A stretch of 64,000 bases of DNA from positions 62,001 to 126,000 of IMG/VR virus record IMGVR_UViG_3300025309_000006; one strand, 5' to 3'. Under the pieces are notes generated by a model that saw only the letters and a program-made list of their open reading frames with translations, was not told the origin of the DNA and made no database searches. Of this stretch, positions 42,073 to 51,592 are shown piece after piece. Numbering within the stretch: position 1 is the first letter of the stretch; each line of letters opens with the position of its first letter. Made by a program: the position numbers and the translations under genes.

Positions 42073-42256
42073 TCAAATGACAAAGTGACACTTGGTCACA
42101 CTGTCATTTGACACAGATGAACAATATGAGAAGATTAGAGATCATTGGAGAAAGTATCATATTGTTTTAGAATTAGATATTTAACAATACATAAATAATA
42201 TTTATTAAGATTTTGTGGAGTTGCTGAAAAGTAACTCCTTTAATATTGAAAATTTT

Positions 42257-42374
42257 TAGTCAATGGCTGATAGGAGTAATTAACCTGTCAAAAAGAAGGT
42301 TCCAACCTACCTTCGCCATTGACTATTTTATATACAAAAAGGTTGGAGTACAATACAAAATTTGAAAGGTTGGG
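42257..42374 (+). promoter_or_regulatory. Structured leader RNA, copy C (orphan)
   Basis: P1 TAGTCAATGGC/GCCATTGACTA; P2 TGATAGG-AGTAATTAA-CCTGTCA; P3 GAAGGT-TCCAACCT-ACCTTC; loop complements AGGTTGGA (42340-47). Confidence 0.7.
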
Positions 42375-42456
42375 ATACGAAATGAAAATTAAATTAATTA
42401 TTGACAAAGTATAAGAGAACCTAACGAAAGCAATGTATCGGTCAAAGCGTTGACCT

Positions 42457-42493
42457 CTTCTAGCCATTTCGCTATCGCTCAATGACTAGGATT
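42457..42493 (+). repeat. 37-bp hairpin repeat, copy 2 (sso-like)
   Basis: CTTCTAGCCATTTCGCTATCGCTCAATGACTAGGATT. Confidence 0.85.
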
Positions 42494-42538
42494 ATAATTT
42501 AATCTATTTTTAATAATATGAAGGTGGTGTTAATAACT

Positions 42539-42679
42539 ATGTCAAAATACATAAAAACAAATGATAACCAAATTATCAATAAAGAAACTGGAGAAATAAT
42601 AGAAGAACAAGAAAATCAATTTGAAAGAAAGTTAAAACATAGAGTATCACAAGTGAGATATAAAAAGGAGGACATTTAA
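42539..42679 (+). CDS. Small protein with an INKETGEI motif
   Basis: 46 aa, RBS AAGGTGG; motif resembles Rep/RepL N-termini. Confidence 0.45.
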   Translation: MSKYIKTNDNQIINKETGEIIEEQENQFERKLKHRVSQVRYKKEDI

Positions 42680-42681
42680 TT

Positions 42682-42957
42682 ATGGAAGTTTTATTTAGGT
42701 ATAGTGATTCTAATTTTTGCGCTTATTTAAATTATCTCGGATTTGAACATGTTGGGTTTGATATTGTAGAAAAAAGAGGGAATAAACCTAAAGTATTTTT
42801 ACATTTTGAAGGAAATAAAGAAGATTTTATTAATATTTATAAAAATTATAATTCTAATGATATTTCATTAAATCTTATAGAATTTGGTAAAAGTAAAAAT
42901 AGTATTCTCAAAATTGTTCGAGAACACTTGGGAAACTATTTAAGAAGTAAGAAGTAA
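42682..42957 (+). CDS. DUF5659-like protein
   Basis: SDSNFCAYLNYLGF...KVFLHFE; RBS AAGGAGG. Confidence 0.7.
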   Translation: MEVLFRYSDSNFCAYLNYLGFEHVGFDIVEKRGNKPKVFLHFEGNKEDFINIYKNYNSNDISLNLIEFGKSKNSILKIVREHLGNYLRSKK

Positions 42958-43110
42958 AATAGGAATCTAATTTTGAAATCCCTATTCTAGCAAGAGTTTA
43001 AAGGTTTTAAAAATAATATATTTTGCATATAAGTGTTTTCTTACTGCACCACATGCAGTTACTTTAGAAATACCCGTAAAAGCTTATAAAGGAAGGGGTT
43101 GCATTTGATT

Positions 43111-43758
43111 ATGCCAACTGATTTAGAAAAACAAATTGATATACAATGGCACAAACTTGATGATGATCGTTACGTTTATCTTCTTACAGGGGAATCGTTT
43201 AATAATTTAGAATATTTGGGAGCAGTTAAGAGAGAAATTGAAAATGCTCAGTTAAAAGATTTTCATGAACATTCAAAGTTGCTAAGAAAATATGGCATTG
43301 ATGTAAATAGAAAAATTAAAAACAAAGGTGATAAAACACCAATTGAAACAACATGTATTGCTTGGAAAGATACAAAGAAGGACTTATTCATTAAAGTATA
43401 TAGAGGTGAAGGAGTCGAATTAATTATGAATAAGACATTGGATATTTTTGAAAAGGGATTTATGTTTACTATTCAGTCATTTGTTGAATTCAGAACAAAT
43501 TGTGTAATTATAGACAGGGAATTCCCTACAGTAGAATATCTAGCAGAGTTAGCAGGTATGAGTCCTAGAAAGGCAAATGATATTATAAAGTCTTTAGAAA
43601 AGAAGAATATAATTAAGAGGTATAAAGATGGATTACATAAGAAAATATTTGTTAATCCTCATTATATGTGTGCAGGAGCGATTATTGAAGGTGAGATACC
43701 TTCTTATTTTGTGTCTGAAATAGAAGAAGAAACTATGGAATTATTTAATAGGCAATAA
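43111..43758 (+). CDS. RepL-like/wHTH replication-maintenance protein
   Basis: FIKVY...N......TVEYLAELAGMSPRKANDIIKSL.KK.II...IFVNP.Y...G. Confidence 0.65.
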   Translation: MPTDLEKQIDIQWHKLDDDRYVYLLTGESFNNLEYLGAVKREIENAQLKDFHEHSKLLRKYGIDVNRKIKNKGDKTPIETTCIAWKDTKKDLFIKVYRGEGVELIMNKTLDIFEKGFMFTIQSFVEFRTNCVIIDREFPTVEYLAELAGMSPRKANDIIKSLEKKNIIKRYKDGLHKKIFVNPHYMCAGAIIEGEIPSYFVSEIEEETMELFNRQ

Positions 43759-43783
43759 ATAAATTTGAGGAGGTCATTTAATT

Positions 43784-44548
43784 ATGAGCATGGGAATTTA
43801 TAAAATAGAAAATATGATTAATGGAAAAATATACGTAGGCAGTTCTAAAAATATAGAGAACAGATGGAGTCAACATAGAAGTTTATTAAAATCAGGAAAA
43901 CATCACTCACAGCATTTGCAATATGCATGGGATAAATATAATGAAAGCAATTTCAAATTTGATATTATTGAAGACATGATTACACAAGAGGATTTATTTG
44001 TAAGAGAACAATATTGGATGGATAAATTACAATGTTATAATCCTAAAATTGGATATAATATTTCAATATTAGCTAATGCTTGTTTAATGAATGATAATTA
44101 TGATTTTAAAGAAATTATACAAGAAGAAAATGAATTAGCAAATAAACATAAAATAATATACATGATTATAGATAAGAAAAATGAAGAATTGATTTATAGA
44201 GGTATGCAGGATAGATATCTCGTTGAACATATATTTAGTGACTTTATATATTATCTATACAGATATTTTGAAAGTATTGATTTTAAATCTTTTGATAATA
44301 TAATTCTATATACAGATAAAGGGAATCTAACCATGAAAGATTTTCAAGGAATAAATACAGAAATATGCAAAGACAATATTTATAAATTAAACTTTAAAAA
44401 GGTTATTATTGAAAATGGCCATGGAGGGCAAAGAGAAGTTCTTTATAAGAATAGTTTTGAGTTTTATGAAATAAAAGAAAGTAAAGACGGTTATATGACA
44501 ATTAGGGTTTATGATGGTTTTGATGTAATAAACTATATACTTGAATAA
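43784..44548 (+). CDS. GIY-YIG endonuclease
   Basis: GIYKIEN..NGKIYVGSS.NI..RW..H...REQYW...GYN. Confidence 0.9.
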   Translation: MSMGIYKIENMINGKIYVGSSKNIENRWSQHRSLLKSGKHHSQHLQYAWDKYNESNFKFDIIEDMITQEDLFVREQYWMDKLQCYNPKIGYNISILANACLMNDNYDFKEIIQEENELANKHKIIYMIIDKKNEELIYRGMQDRYLVEHIFSDFIYYLYRYFESIDFKSFDNIILYTDKGNLTMKDFQGINTEICKDNIYKLNFKKVIIENGHGGQREVLYKNSFEFYEIKESKDGYMTIRVYDGFDVINYILE

Positions 44549-44676
44549 AATAAAAAATACTATACAGATGTTCAATTGCAGAATATTACTAATTGGATGT
44601 TAGGAGTCCAGATGAAGATTAAATATAAAACACTTTGTAAGAAATGTCATGCAACATCTCATGACAAAGGAGGAAT

Positions 44677-45447
44677 ATGATGATGATTATCAATAATATC
44701 AATGAGCAAAATGATAATATACAGGATAACTTAGTTTATAAATTCTATAATATAAATAATGAATTGCTGTATGTTGGCATTACCAATAATATGAAAATTA
44801 GATTAAAGCAACACAAGCAGGACAAAGAATGGTTTGATGAAATTAAAAGAATATACATCACTGAAAAAATGACTAGAAATGAAGCTCATATTTATGAAAT
44901 ATTCTATATTGCAAATGAAAATCCTTTATATAATATAGACTATATCAATGGTGGCAAAGTTGGTTTTGTGATAAGCGAATTATTATTCAAAGATTACAAG
45001 AAAGAGAGAAGAAAGAGGATAAACGTTGATATTGTTTTGAGAATGTATAATGAAGGTAAATCAATAGAGGAAATAGCCACAGAATTAAAATACTCTACTG
45101 AATACATTGCTAAAAACTTGAGATCAAAATTAATAGAATTAAGGGAAGTTAAACCAAATCGTAGAAATGGGAAAAATGAAAGATTTGAAATGTTTGTTAA
45201 TTGTCTTACATACTTGTCTAATAAAAAATATTTTACAATAGAAGATATTGTATATAAGTTCATGAATGATTATGAATGTACAGAGGAAACTGCAAAAACA
45301 TATTATAAAGACGAGTTTGCAGTTTTACTTATTGAAGAGGTTAATAAAATAGGTTTGAAAAGAATTAGAGCGAATAAAGTTATTAAAGAGCAATTTGGAA
45401 TGGATGGTGAAGGATACCCCTTTATAATTTGCAAAGATGGTGAATAA
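44677..45447 (+). CDS. GIY-YIG nuclease with HTH
   Basis: VYKFY....LLYVGIT.N...RLKQH...E..YI....P.YN. Confidence 0.8.
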   Translation: MMMIINNINEQNDNIQDNLVYKFYNINNELLYVGITNNMKIRLKQHKQDKEWFDEIKRIYITEKMTRNEAHIYEIFYIANENPLYNIDYINGGKVGFVISELLFKDYKKERRKRINVDIVLRMYNEGKSIEEIATELKYSTEYIAKNLRSKLIELREVKPNRRNGKNERFEMFVNCLTYLSNKKYFTIEDIVYKFMNDYECTEETAKTYYKDEFAVLLIEEVNKIGLKRIRANKVIKEQFGMDGEGYPFIICKDGE

Positions 45448-45480
45448 AACTTAATATAAAACACTAAAATAAAATATTCC

Positions 45481-45509
45481 TTGACATTTGTTGCCTCATG
45501 ATGTATAAT
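45481..45509 (+). promoter_or_regulatory. Consensus SigA promoter
   Basis: TTGACA-N17-TATAAT. Confidence 0.8.
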
Positions 45510-45537
45510 TATTGCAAAGTGAGGTGATAATATTATT

Positions 45538-45702
45538 ATGAGTTTAACAGATGATGCTTTAGAAACTGCCAAATATGTTAATGATTTATTAAATGGTGAC
45601 TCCCAAAAACTAAAAAGGATTTATGAACATCTTTGTGTACATGATATTATAATGTATCATGCTTCAAAAGAACAAATGCTTGATATTTTTAAAGATATCT
45701 AA
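45538..45702 (+). CDS. Small hypothetical protein (54 aa)
   Basis: RBS GAGGTG after the consensus promoter. Confidence 0.55.
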   Translation: MSLTDDALETAKYVNDLLNGDSQKLKRIYEHLCVHDIIMYHASKEQMLDIFKDI

Positions 45703-45744
45703 TCTCCCATTGACATAAATCCTAAAATAATATATCATAACAAA

Positions 45745-45833
45745 CATAAGTGATTAATTTTCATTTTTCATTTATAAACTCTTTCTTTCATCCTCAAGAG
45801 GGAGTCTTTGTAATGAAGATTTCCTCATTTTTT
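45745..45833 (+). ncRNA. Candidate small RNA with a CU-rich anti-SD segment
   Basis: TTGACA-N17-TATCAT (45710-38), no ORF, terminator GAGGGAGTCTT/AAGATTTCCTC plus T-run. Confidence 0.45.
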
Positions 45834-45889
45834 ACCTTTTGACTTTCCTATACTCGTCCTCTATAATTAGTATAATGGAGAGTGATTAA

Positions 45890-46564
45890 ATGATTATTTT
45901 GGATGATAATAAAATACAATTCACTGTACAAAGACAAAAACACATTATTGGGAGTAAATTATTTCCTGTTTCATCAAAAAGTAAATTACAAGTATTTAAC
46001 TCTGAATATACAGAAGAATTAGATAAAAACGATCCTAAAATACTTCAATTTACTAAACTTGTTGATCAATGTAAATTTGAAATGGGCCATGCTTATACTA
46101 GTTCTGATATTATTCTTCAGATTGCAAATGCGATAAATTTAGAAGCAAAATTCTTTTCGGGTTGGTTAATTTATCCTTTTAGCAATACATTTCCTAGTCA
46201 TCACGCATGGACAGTAATTAATGGTAATAGCGTTGTAGATGTAATGCAATTCCCTGAAGAAATTGATATAATGATGAAAACTGATATGACTGATCCTGAT
46301 TTTAAGAGGAAACTTGCCATTAAATTAGTTGAGATAAGGAAGAAAGAAAAACCTCTTTCTGAATCATGTTTCTTCGGTAAAATTAATTATGATTGGGTTT
46401 ATTATGTCGGTAGTCCAGATACTTCTGAAAATGCAAAAAGGATATTTAGGGAATTAATTTCAAAATACCCTAATCATCCTGCTTATATTCGTAAAGGGGT
46501 AAGAGAGTCAAATGGCAGAACTGAATTGCAGAATTTAATTAACGAGGAAATGGAGAGTGATTAA
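45890..46564 (+). CDS. Transglutaminase/papain-fold-like protein lacking the catalytic Cys
   Basis: GHAY...GW...HHAW.V...VVD. Confidence 0.45.
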   Translation: MIILDDNKIQFTVQRQKHIIGSKLFPVSSKSKLQVFNSEYTEELDKNDPKILQFTKLVDQCKFEMGHAYTSSDIILQIANAINLEAKFFSGWLIYPFSNTFPSHHAWTVINGNSVVDVMQFPEEIDIMMKTDMTDPDFKRKLAIKLVEIRKKEKPLSESCFFGKINYDWVYYVGSPDTSENAKRIFRELISKYPNHPAYIRKGVRESNGRTELQNLINEEMESD

Positions 46565-46566
46565 AT

Positions 46567-46866
46567 ATGTTAAATGATATTATTTCCAAAGTATTAAACA
46601 AGTTTTTAGATGGAAATATCGAGAGTATAGATTGTTATTCTAGGGGAAATTGTAGGTTTGATTTAATTACACAAAACAAAATTTCATACAAAGATTTTGT
46701 TAAGAAAACGAAGAATATTATATCAGAAAATGATATTTCTAGTTATGATGAAGAAGATTCTGAGTATCTTGAAGTCACTATTGAATTAACTGAAGATTTT
46801 ATAAACAAAATTATTAATCATATAAAATGTGATTGCATGAATGAATTTGAGGAAATGAAAAAGTAA
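46567..46866 (+). CDS. Hypothetical protein
   Basis: RBS GGAGAG; operonic. Confidence 0.55.
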   Translation: MLNDIISKVLNKFLDGNIESIDCYSRGNCRFDLITQNKISYKDFVKKTKNIISENDISSYDEEDSEYLEVTIELTEDFINKIINHIKCDCMNEFEEMKK

Positions 46867-46889
46867 CTAGAGAAAAGAGGATAAAACAG

Positions 46890-47273
46890 ATGAAATCTAA
46901 TGTCATTAATATCAATCGTTCTAAAATTGGCAAATGCTATGAATTAAGTTTGCAATATATACTCGCTAACCCTAATTGGAAATTAATTCATGGATATATC
47001 TCAAACCAACAACCACCGAACCAAACTATTGATCATGCTTGGTGTATTAATGGTGATAAAATTCATGATGAAATATTTGAGAAGGATTTTCATACAGATT
47101 TGTATACTGCTTTATTTGCTCCAAAGATTGTCAAGAAGTATAAATTCAATGAAATGATAGAGAAAATGAATGAGTTTGAAACTTATGGGCCTTGGCATGA
47201 TGTAGATGAGTTTAATGGAGATTATTATGATGAGCATGGGGATTTAAGGGATGAATATAAAGGGAAGAAGTGA
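46890..47273 (+). CDS. Transglutaminase/papain-fold-like protein (Cys-His-Asp)
   Basis: GKCYE...LIHG...DHAWC...IHD. Confidence 0.5.
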   Translation: MKSNVININRSKIGKCYELSLQYILANPNWKLIHGYISNQQPPNQTIDHAWCINGDKIHDEIFEKDFHTDLYTALFAPKIVKKYKFNEMIEKMNEFETYGPWHDVDEFNGDYYDEHGDLRDEYKGKK

Positions 47274-47278
47274 TAATA

Positions 47279-47782
47279 ATGGCAAAAGCAAAGGTAAAAC
47301 TTATTATGACCGCAATATTAGAGGTTGAAATTGATCCGGCTAAAATATTTGATCTTGATGAATTCCCAGAAGATAATCAACCAATGATTGAAGATGCAAT
47401 AAAGAGTGTAATTGAAGGATATCTTGATACACCCCTTTATTTTATAAAGGATGAGAATACTGAAATTGGAATTAAACATGAGGTATTAGAATACAAATTA
47501 CCGATTCAAGAGTATAAAGGGAATAATAAGGTAAAAATAGATTATTCTAATGATAACTATATTATTAAGAACAAATCGGTTAAATTTATTAAAGGAATAT
47601 TTAAAGATGAAATTGGTGTATTTAAACGAATAATTAAAAATACGGGCGGTGGTATATATTTATGCGAAATTTATGTTGTAGAAGAATTAGAACAATACAA
47701 GTCAGATTATTTTGTATTTGTTGATAACAATGTTCAAAAACTGTGGGAAGATAAGTCAAATGATTTTGTAGCAGAAGAGTGA
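47279..47782 (+). CDS. Hypothetical protein
   Basis: ORF coupled to the previous gene. Confidence 0.55.
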   Translation: MAKAKVKLIMTAILEVEIDPAKIFDLDEFPEDNQPMIEDAIKSVIEGYLDTPLYFIKDENTEIGIKHEVLEYKLPIQEYKGNNKVKIDYSNDNYIIKNKSVKFIKGIFKDEIGVFKRIIKNTGGGIYLCEIYVVEELEQYKSDYFVFVDNNVQKLWEDKSNDFVAEE

Positions 47783-47835
47783 TTAAATATATACTCCTGT
47801 TGAGCCTAATATAATATCAGAAGGAGAAGTGAAGA

Positions 47836-47997
47836 ATGCAACAAACAGAAAAAGACAATAAATTTTTTGAGGAAATGATTTGTAAAGGATTCTTCGATAA
47901 ATTACACAATATGAAATTAATTACCGACTCTGAACACAAAAATTGTATCAGTGGGTATGATGAGTTTTATAAGGATAAGGATGCAGAACTTAAATAA
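47836..47997 (+). CDS. Small hypothetical protein (53 aa)
   Basis: RBS AAGGAG; followed by a terminator hairpin. Confidence 0.5.
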   Translation: MQQTEKDNKFFEEMICKGFFDKLHNMKLITDSEHKNCISGYDEFYKDKDAELK

Positions 47998-48210
47998 GGG
48001 AAGTAAAAATCCCTTTTCTCTTTCTATCTTATCATAAATATAAAAATAAAATTTATACTTGACAACATTATTTGCTAGTGGTATGATGAGAGAGTAGAAA
48101 GTGAGGTGAGGAAATATATGATTGTATTAACAAATATCAATACATAAATTATTAAGTTCACAATCTCCATAAAGTAAAAAATAAAATAATGAAAGTAGGT
48201 TAATTTATAA

Positions 48211-48735
48211 ATGTTTAATGTAAAAGAAATTAAAACTGGCAATGTCTTTGAGGTTTTTCAAGTGTTCGATTATACATATCTAAATAAAAATCAATTTGTA
48301 TTTTTAATGTATGATTATAGTATCAATGAATGGGCTATGTCAGATAGTAAGTATTTTGAGCCACTTACAGATATAAGCAAAGCTATTACAGAAGAAAAAT
48401 CTGGTTTTGTGAAAGGTCTATTTAGTGGATTTAAAGGATTATCTACTGAGAGTGTAATGGAAAGATTAAGTGAGTCATGGGAATCTATACCACAATGTAT
48501 TAAAGAAAATATTTGTTTGTCTCTTGGCAGCAAGGGGAACAGTGAAAAACTTATGGTTGTTTTGGATGAGTTTTCTAAACAAAACAAATTGTATATAGAA
48601 AAAGAAGAAGAACGTAAACGATTAGAAGACTTGTTAAAATCTAAACAAGATGAGCATAGTAAGAAAATTTCTATTTTACAGGAAGAGTTTAATAACGCTG
48701 AAAAATTAATTAATGAAAAGTTAAAAGGATTGTAA
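48211..48735 (+). CDS. Hypothetical protein with C-terminal coiled coil
   Basis: ORF downstream of TTGACA-N17-TATGAT. Confidence 0.55.
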   Translation: MFNVKEIKTGNVFEVFQVFDYTYLNKNQFVFLMYDYSINEWAMSDSKYFEPLTDISKAITEEKSGFVKGLFSGFKGLSTESVMERLSESWESIPQCIKENICLSLGSKGNSEKLMVVLDEFSKQNKLYIEKEEERKRLEDLLKSKQDEHSKKISILQEEFNNAEKLINEKLKGL

Positions 48736-48795
48736 GATTAAACCCATAGCAGAGGGGTTTATACTCTGCTTAATAATTACAAAGGTTGTGATTAT

Positions 48796-49302
48796 ATGCT
48801 ATATATAATTGGTTATTTTGATGGAAGCGTTAAAAATGAAAAAGCCATAGGTGTTTGGACTTATAGTTTATATGAAAAATTAAATAAACAATCTCCAAGG
48901 ACTAAAATAAAAACTGAGAGAGGTTGGGATTATTGTTTTTACGCAAATAGCATACAAGCCGAATTTATTGGGTTAATTGGTTTATTAGATAAATTAAAGC
49001 AATATTTCGAGATTGGTTTTATTAATTTTTTATTAATTAATGGAGATTGCGAGAGTATTATCAATCAAATTAAATACAAAAAATCAACTGACAACGAAAT
49101 ACTTAAAGACTATTTATTATTAGCAAAAGAATTGGTATCTATGTGTGAAGTTCCTATTGATCTTCAATGGATTCCTAGAAGCAAGAATAAATCTGCGGAT
49201 AAATTGTGCAAAATGGTATGGGAAGATTTGAAGAATAAAATGAGGAATACTAAAAATATATTTGGAAGTAATCAACCAGAAAATATTTTAGAATTTATTT
49301 AG
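48796..49302 (+). CDS. RNase HI-like protein
   Basis: YFDGS...QAEFIGL...GDCESII.Q...WIPRSKNKSADKL. Confidence 0.8.
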   Translation: MLYIIGYFDGSVKNEKAIGVWTYSLYEKLNKQSPRTKIKTERGWDYCFYANSIQAEFIGLIGLLDKLKQYFEIGFINFLLINGDCESIINQIKYKKSTDNEILKDYLLLAKELVSMCEVPIDLQWIPRSKNKSADKLCKMVWEDLKNKMRNTKNIFGSNQPENILEFI

Positions 49303-49405
49303 TTTTTTGTTAGTGAATTGTTAGAGCAATAAATAAATTAAACAGGTGAGAACTTGCAAGTTTTAATTGGTAGCTACCCTCCCTGATCAGGAGGAGAGAA
49401 AGAAA

Positions 49406-50533
49406 TTGGAAAACAATATATATTATGTTTATGAATATATACGACTAGACACAAATGAGCCATTTTATGTAGGAAAAGGCTGTAAGAATAGATGGTGTAA
49501 CACCAAACAGAGAAATAAATATTTTAAAAACATAATTAGTAAAATTCCAGTAGCAGTACATATTTTACATGAAAATTTATCCGAAATTGAAGCATTTGAA
49601 TATGAATGTTGGTATATCAATGAATACAAATATAATATGAGTTATGATTTAACCAATATTATCGATGGTGGAGAAGGAGGGGATACAAGATCAGGAAACT
49701 CAGAAGAAAACATCAAACTAAATAAAAAGCAAAGTATTTCCAGCAGAGGAATGAACGCTATATTGAATGAGGAAAAAGTCAAAAAAATAAAGATAGAAAT
49801 ATTAAATAATATAGATATGCACTATATAGCTAAAAAATACAGTGTAAACTATACCACTATTTGTAAAATTAAAACATGTAAAAATTGGGAATGGGTATGT
49901 AGTGAGTTAAATAATAAATTATTAACTATGAATAAAGATCAAGATGATAAAATAATTGATTATTATTACAGCAACCCACATTTATCAATGGTTCAGATTG
50001 GTTTAGATTTAAATACAGCATATGGAAGAGTTCGGAAATTAATAAGTGATAAAATAAAATTAGAATCAAGGAATATTATAGGCGTAAACCTAAAGAACCA
50101 ACTTTATAAGAGTAGAATTACAATAAAAGGAAAGGAGATTCATCTTGGTCATTACAGAGAATTAAAATATGCAGAAAAGGTTAGATTAATTGCCGAAATA
50201 GTATATTTAAAAGATAAATCTCCGCAGAAACACAAGTTAAAAAAATACGACTTAGACTTTAAAGATATTGATATAAATACTTTAAATGAATTTATCAATA
50301 AATATTCAACTAAATCAACCGTTAAAATTATTTGTTTGACTACAGGAGTTATTTTTAATAGTTTCAAAGAAGCCGAAAATTTCTATAGAATCAATAATTT
50401 TAGCAAGAATGGTTATTTGTGTTTAACAGGGAAGAGAAAAACTTTTGGCAAGCATCCAATTACAGGTGAACCTCTAAAATGGCAATACTACGATGAATAC
50501 ATAAAATCAAACCAACTCCCAACCGCAATATAA
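49406..50533 (+). CDS. GIY-YIG-type homing endonuclease with AP2-like and NUMOD-like domains
   Basis: YYVYEY.RLDTNEPFYVGKG...LTNI.DGGEG; EIHLGHY; KIICLTTG..F; TTG start after AGGAGGAG. Confidence 0.8.
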   Translation: MENNIYYVYEYIRLDTNEPFYVGKGCKNRWCNTKQRNKYFKNIISKIPVAVHILHENLSEIEAFEYECWYINEYKYNMSYDLTNIIDGGEGGDTRSGNSEENIKLNKKQSISSRGMNAILNEEKVKKIKIEILNNIDMHYIAKKYSVNYTTICKIKTCKNWEWVCSELNNKLLTMNKDQDDKIIDYYYSNPHLSMVQIGLDLNTAYGRVRKLISDKIKLESRNIIGVNLKNQLYKSRITIKGKEIHLGHYRELKYAEKVRLIAEIVYLKDKSPQKHKLKKYDLDFKDIDINTLNEFINKYSTKSTVKIICLTTGVIFNSFKEAENFYRINNFSKNGYLCLTGKRKTFGKHPITGEPLKWQYYDEYIKSNQLPTAI

Positions 50534-50611
50534 CTATATAACTATATTTATATATAGTTATATAGTTATAAATATAAATAAATAATTTAATATACTTAAA
50601 GGAGTGATAAA

Positions 50612-50824
50612 ATGAATAAAAATTGGACAGAAGAAGATATTATTAAAGCAAGAGAAATGTTAGACAAAGCTATAAAAGAGAAAGATTATTTATATTATCC
50701 GGAAAATTCAGATAGATGTATTTTAGATAAATTTAAGATAAGGAGTCAACAGTGGTACAACCAATTTCACTCCAAACTGCAATATAACCAAATAAATAAA
50801 TATAAAGGAGAATTAACATGGTAG
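50612..50824 (+). CDS. Hypothetical protein
   Basis: RBS AAGGAGTG. Confidence 0.5.
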   Translation: MNKNWTEEDIIKAREMLDKAIKEKDYLYYPENSDRCILDKFKIRSQQWYNQFHSKLQYNQINKYKGELTW

Positions 50825-51141
50825 CAATAAGAAGGGTATACATAGACATTGATTGGACAAAAATGCAAACTTTACATAAGAAAATAACCTCTTCTCATAT
50901 TGATTGTATGAAAACAAAATGGAGTCCTTTTAGAGATGAATGGAAGCAAGGTTTTGATAGTGATTGTTGTTGTGGTCATTGTACTAATACTGAGCATTGT
51001 TTTGAAGCATTTAGGGATAAAAGATGTCATCTAGAAAATCATTTTAAACCTATAATCGTTGAGTTTGAGAAGAAATCATGTTGGGACGATGAAGAGGTAA
51101 ATATATTTAATATAATATCGTTGAAAGGAGGTGAACACTAA
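50818..51141 (+). CDS. Cys-rich hypothetical protein
   Basis: RBS AAGGAG; CCCGHC motif. Confidence 0.55.
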   Translation: MVAIRRVYIDIDWTKMQTLHKKITSSHIDCMKTKWSPFRDEWKQGFDSDCCCGHCTNTEHCFEAFRDKRCHLENHFKPIIVEFEKKSCWDDEEVNIFNIISLKGGEH

Positions 51142-51302
51142 TGACAGAATTAGAACATAAAGAACTAGTAGAAAGTCTAAATCAAATGATGGTAGAGATT
51201 ATAAAAGTCAAAGAATTACAAAAAGTCCTTGTAGGTATATCTGGGATAGATATTAATCAAGAAGATTGGAAGAATTATTAATATTTTAGGAGGTGATATA
51301 AA

Positions 51303-51500
51303 ATGGAAATAACAACTATGACTCTAGAAGAAGCAGAAAAGATTGGTTACGTTGCAAAAATCAAAGAACTCTACTGTGAATTAAAATCAGTTTGGCCTAC
51401 ATTTTCAGAAAAAACTAGAGACAATTTGACAATGTTGCTTGGTGGTTTGAAGGATAAAAGTGAAGTTATGGCTTTGATGGGTAAGGAAGATGATAGGTAA
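51303..51500 (+). CDS. Hypothetical protein
   Basis: RBS AGGAGGTG. Confidence 0.55.
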   Translation: MEITTMTLEEAEKIGYVAKIKELYCELKSVWPTFSEKTRDNLTMLLGGLKDKSEVMALMGKEDDR

Positions 51501-51592
51501 AAGAGTAATGGTAACACTCTCTGGGAAATAATTTATGTAGTTAGAGTAAATAAAAAATAAATGGGTGATGGCCGACATTAAGGAGAAAAAAT

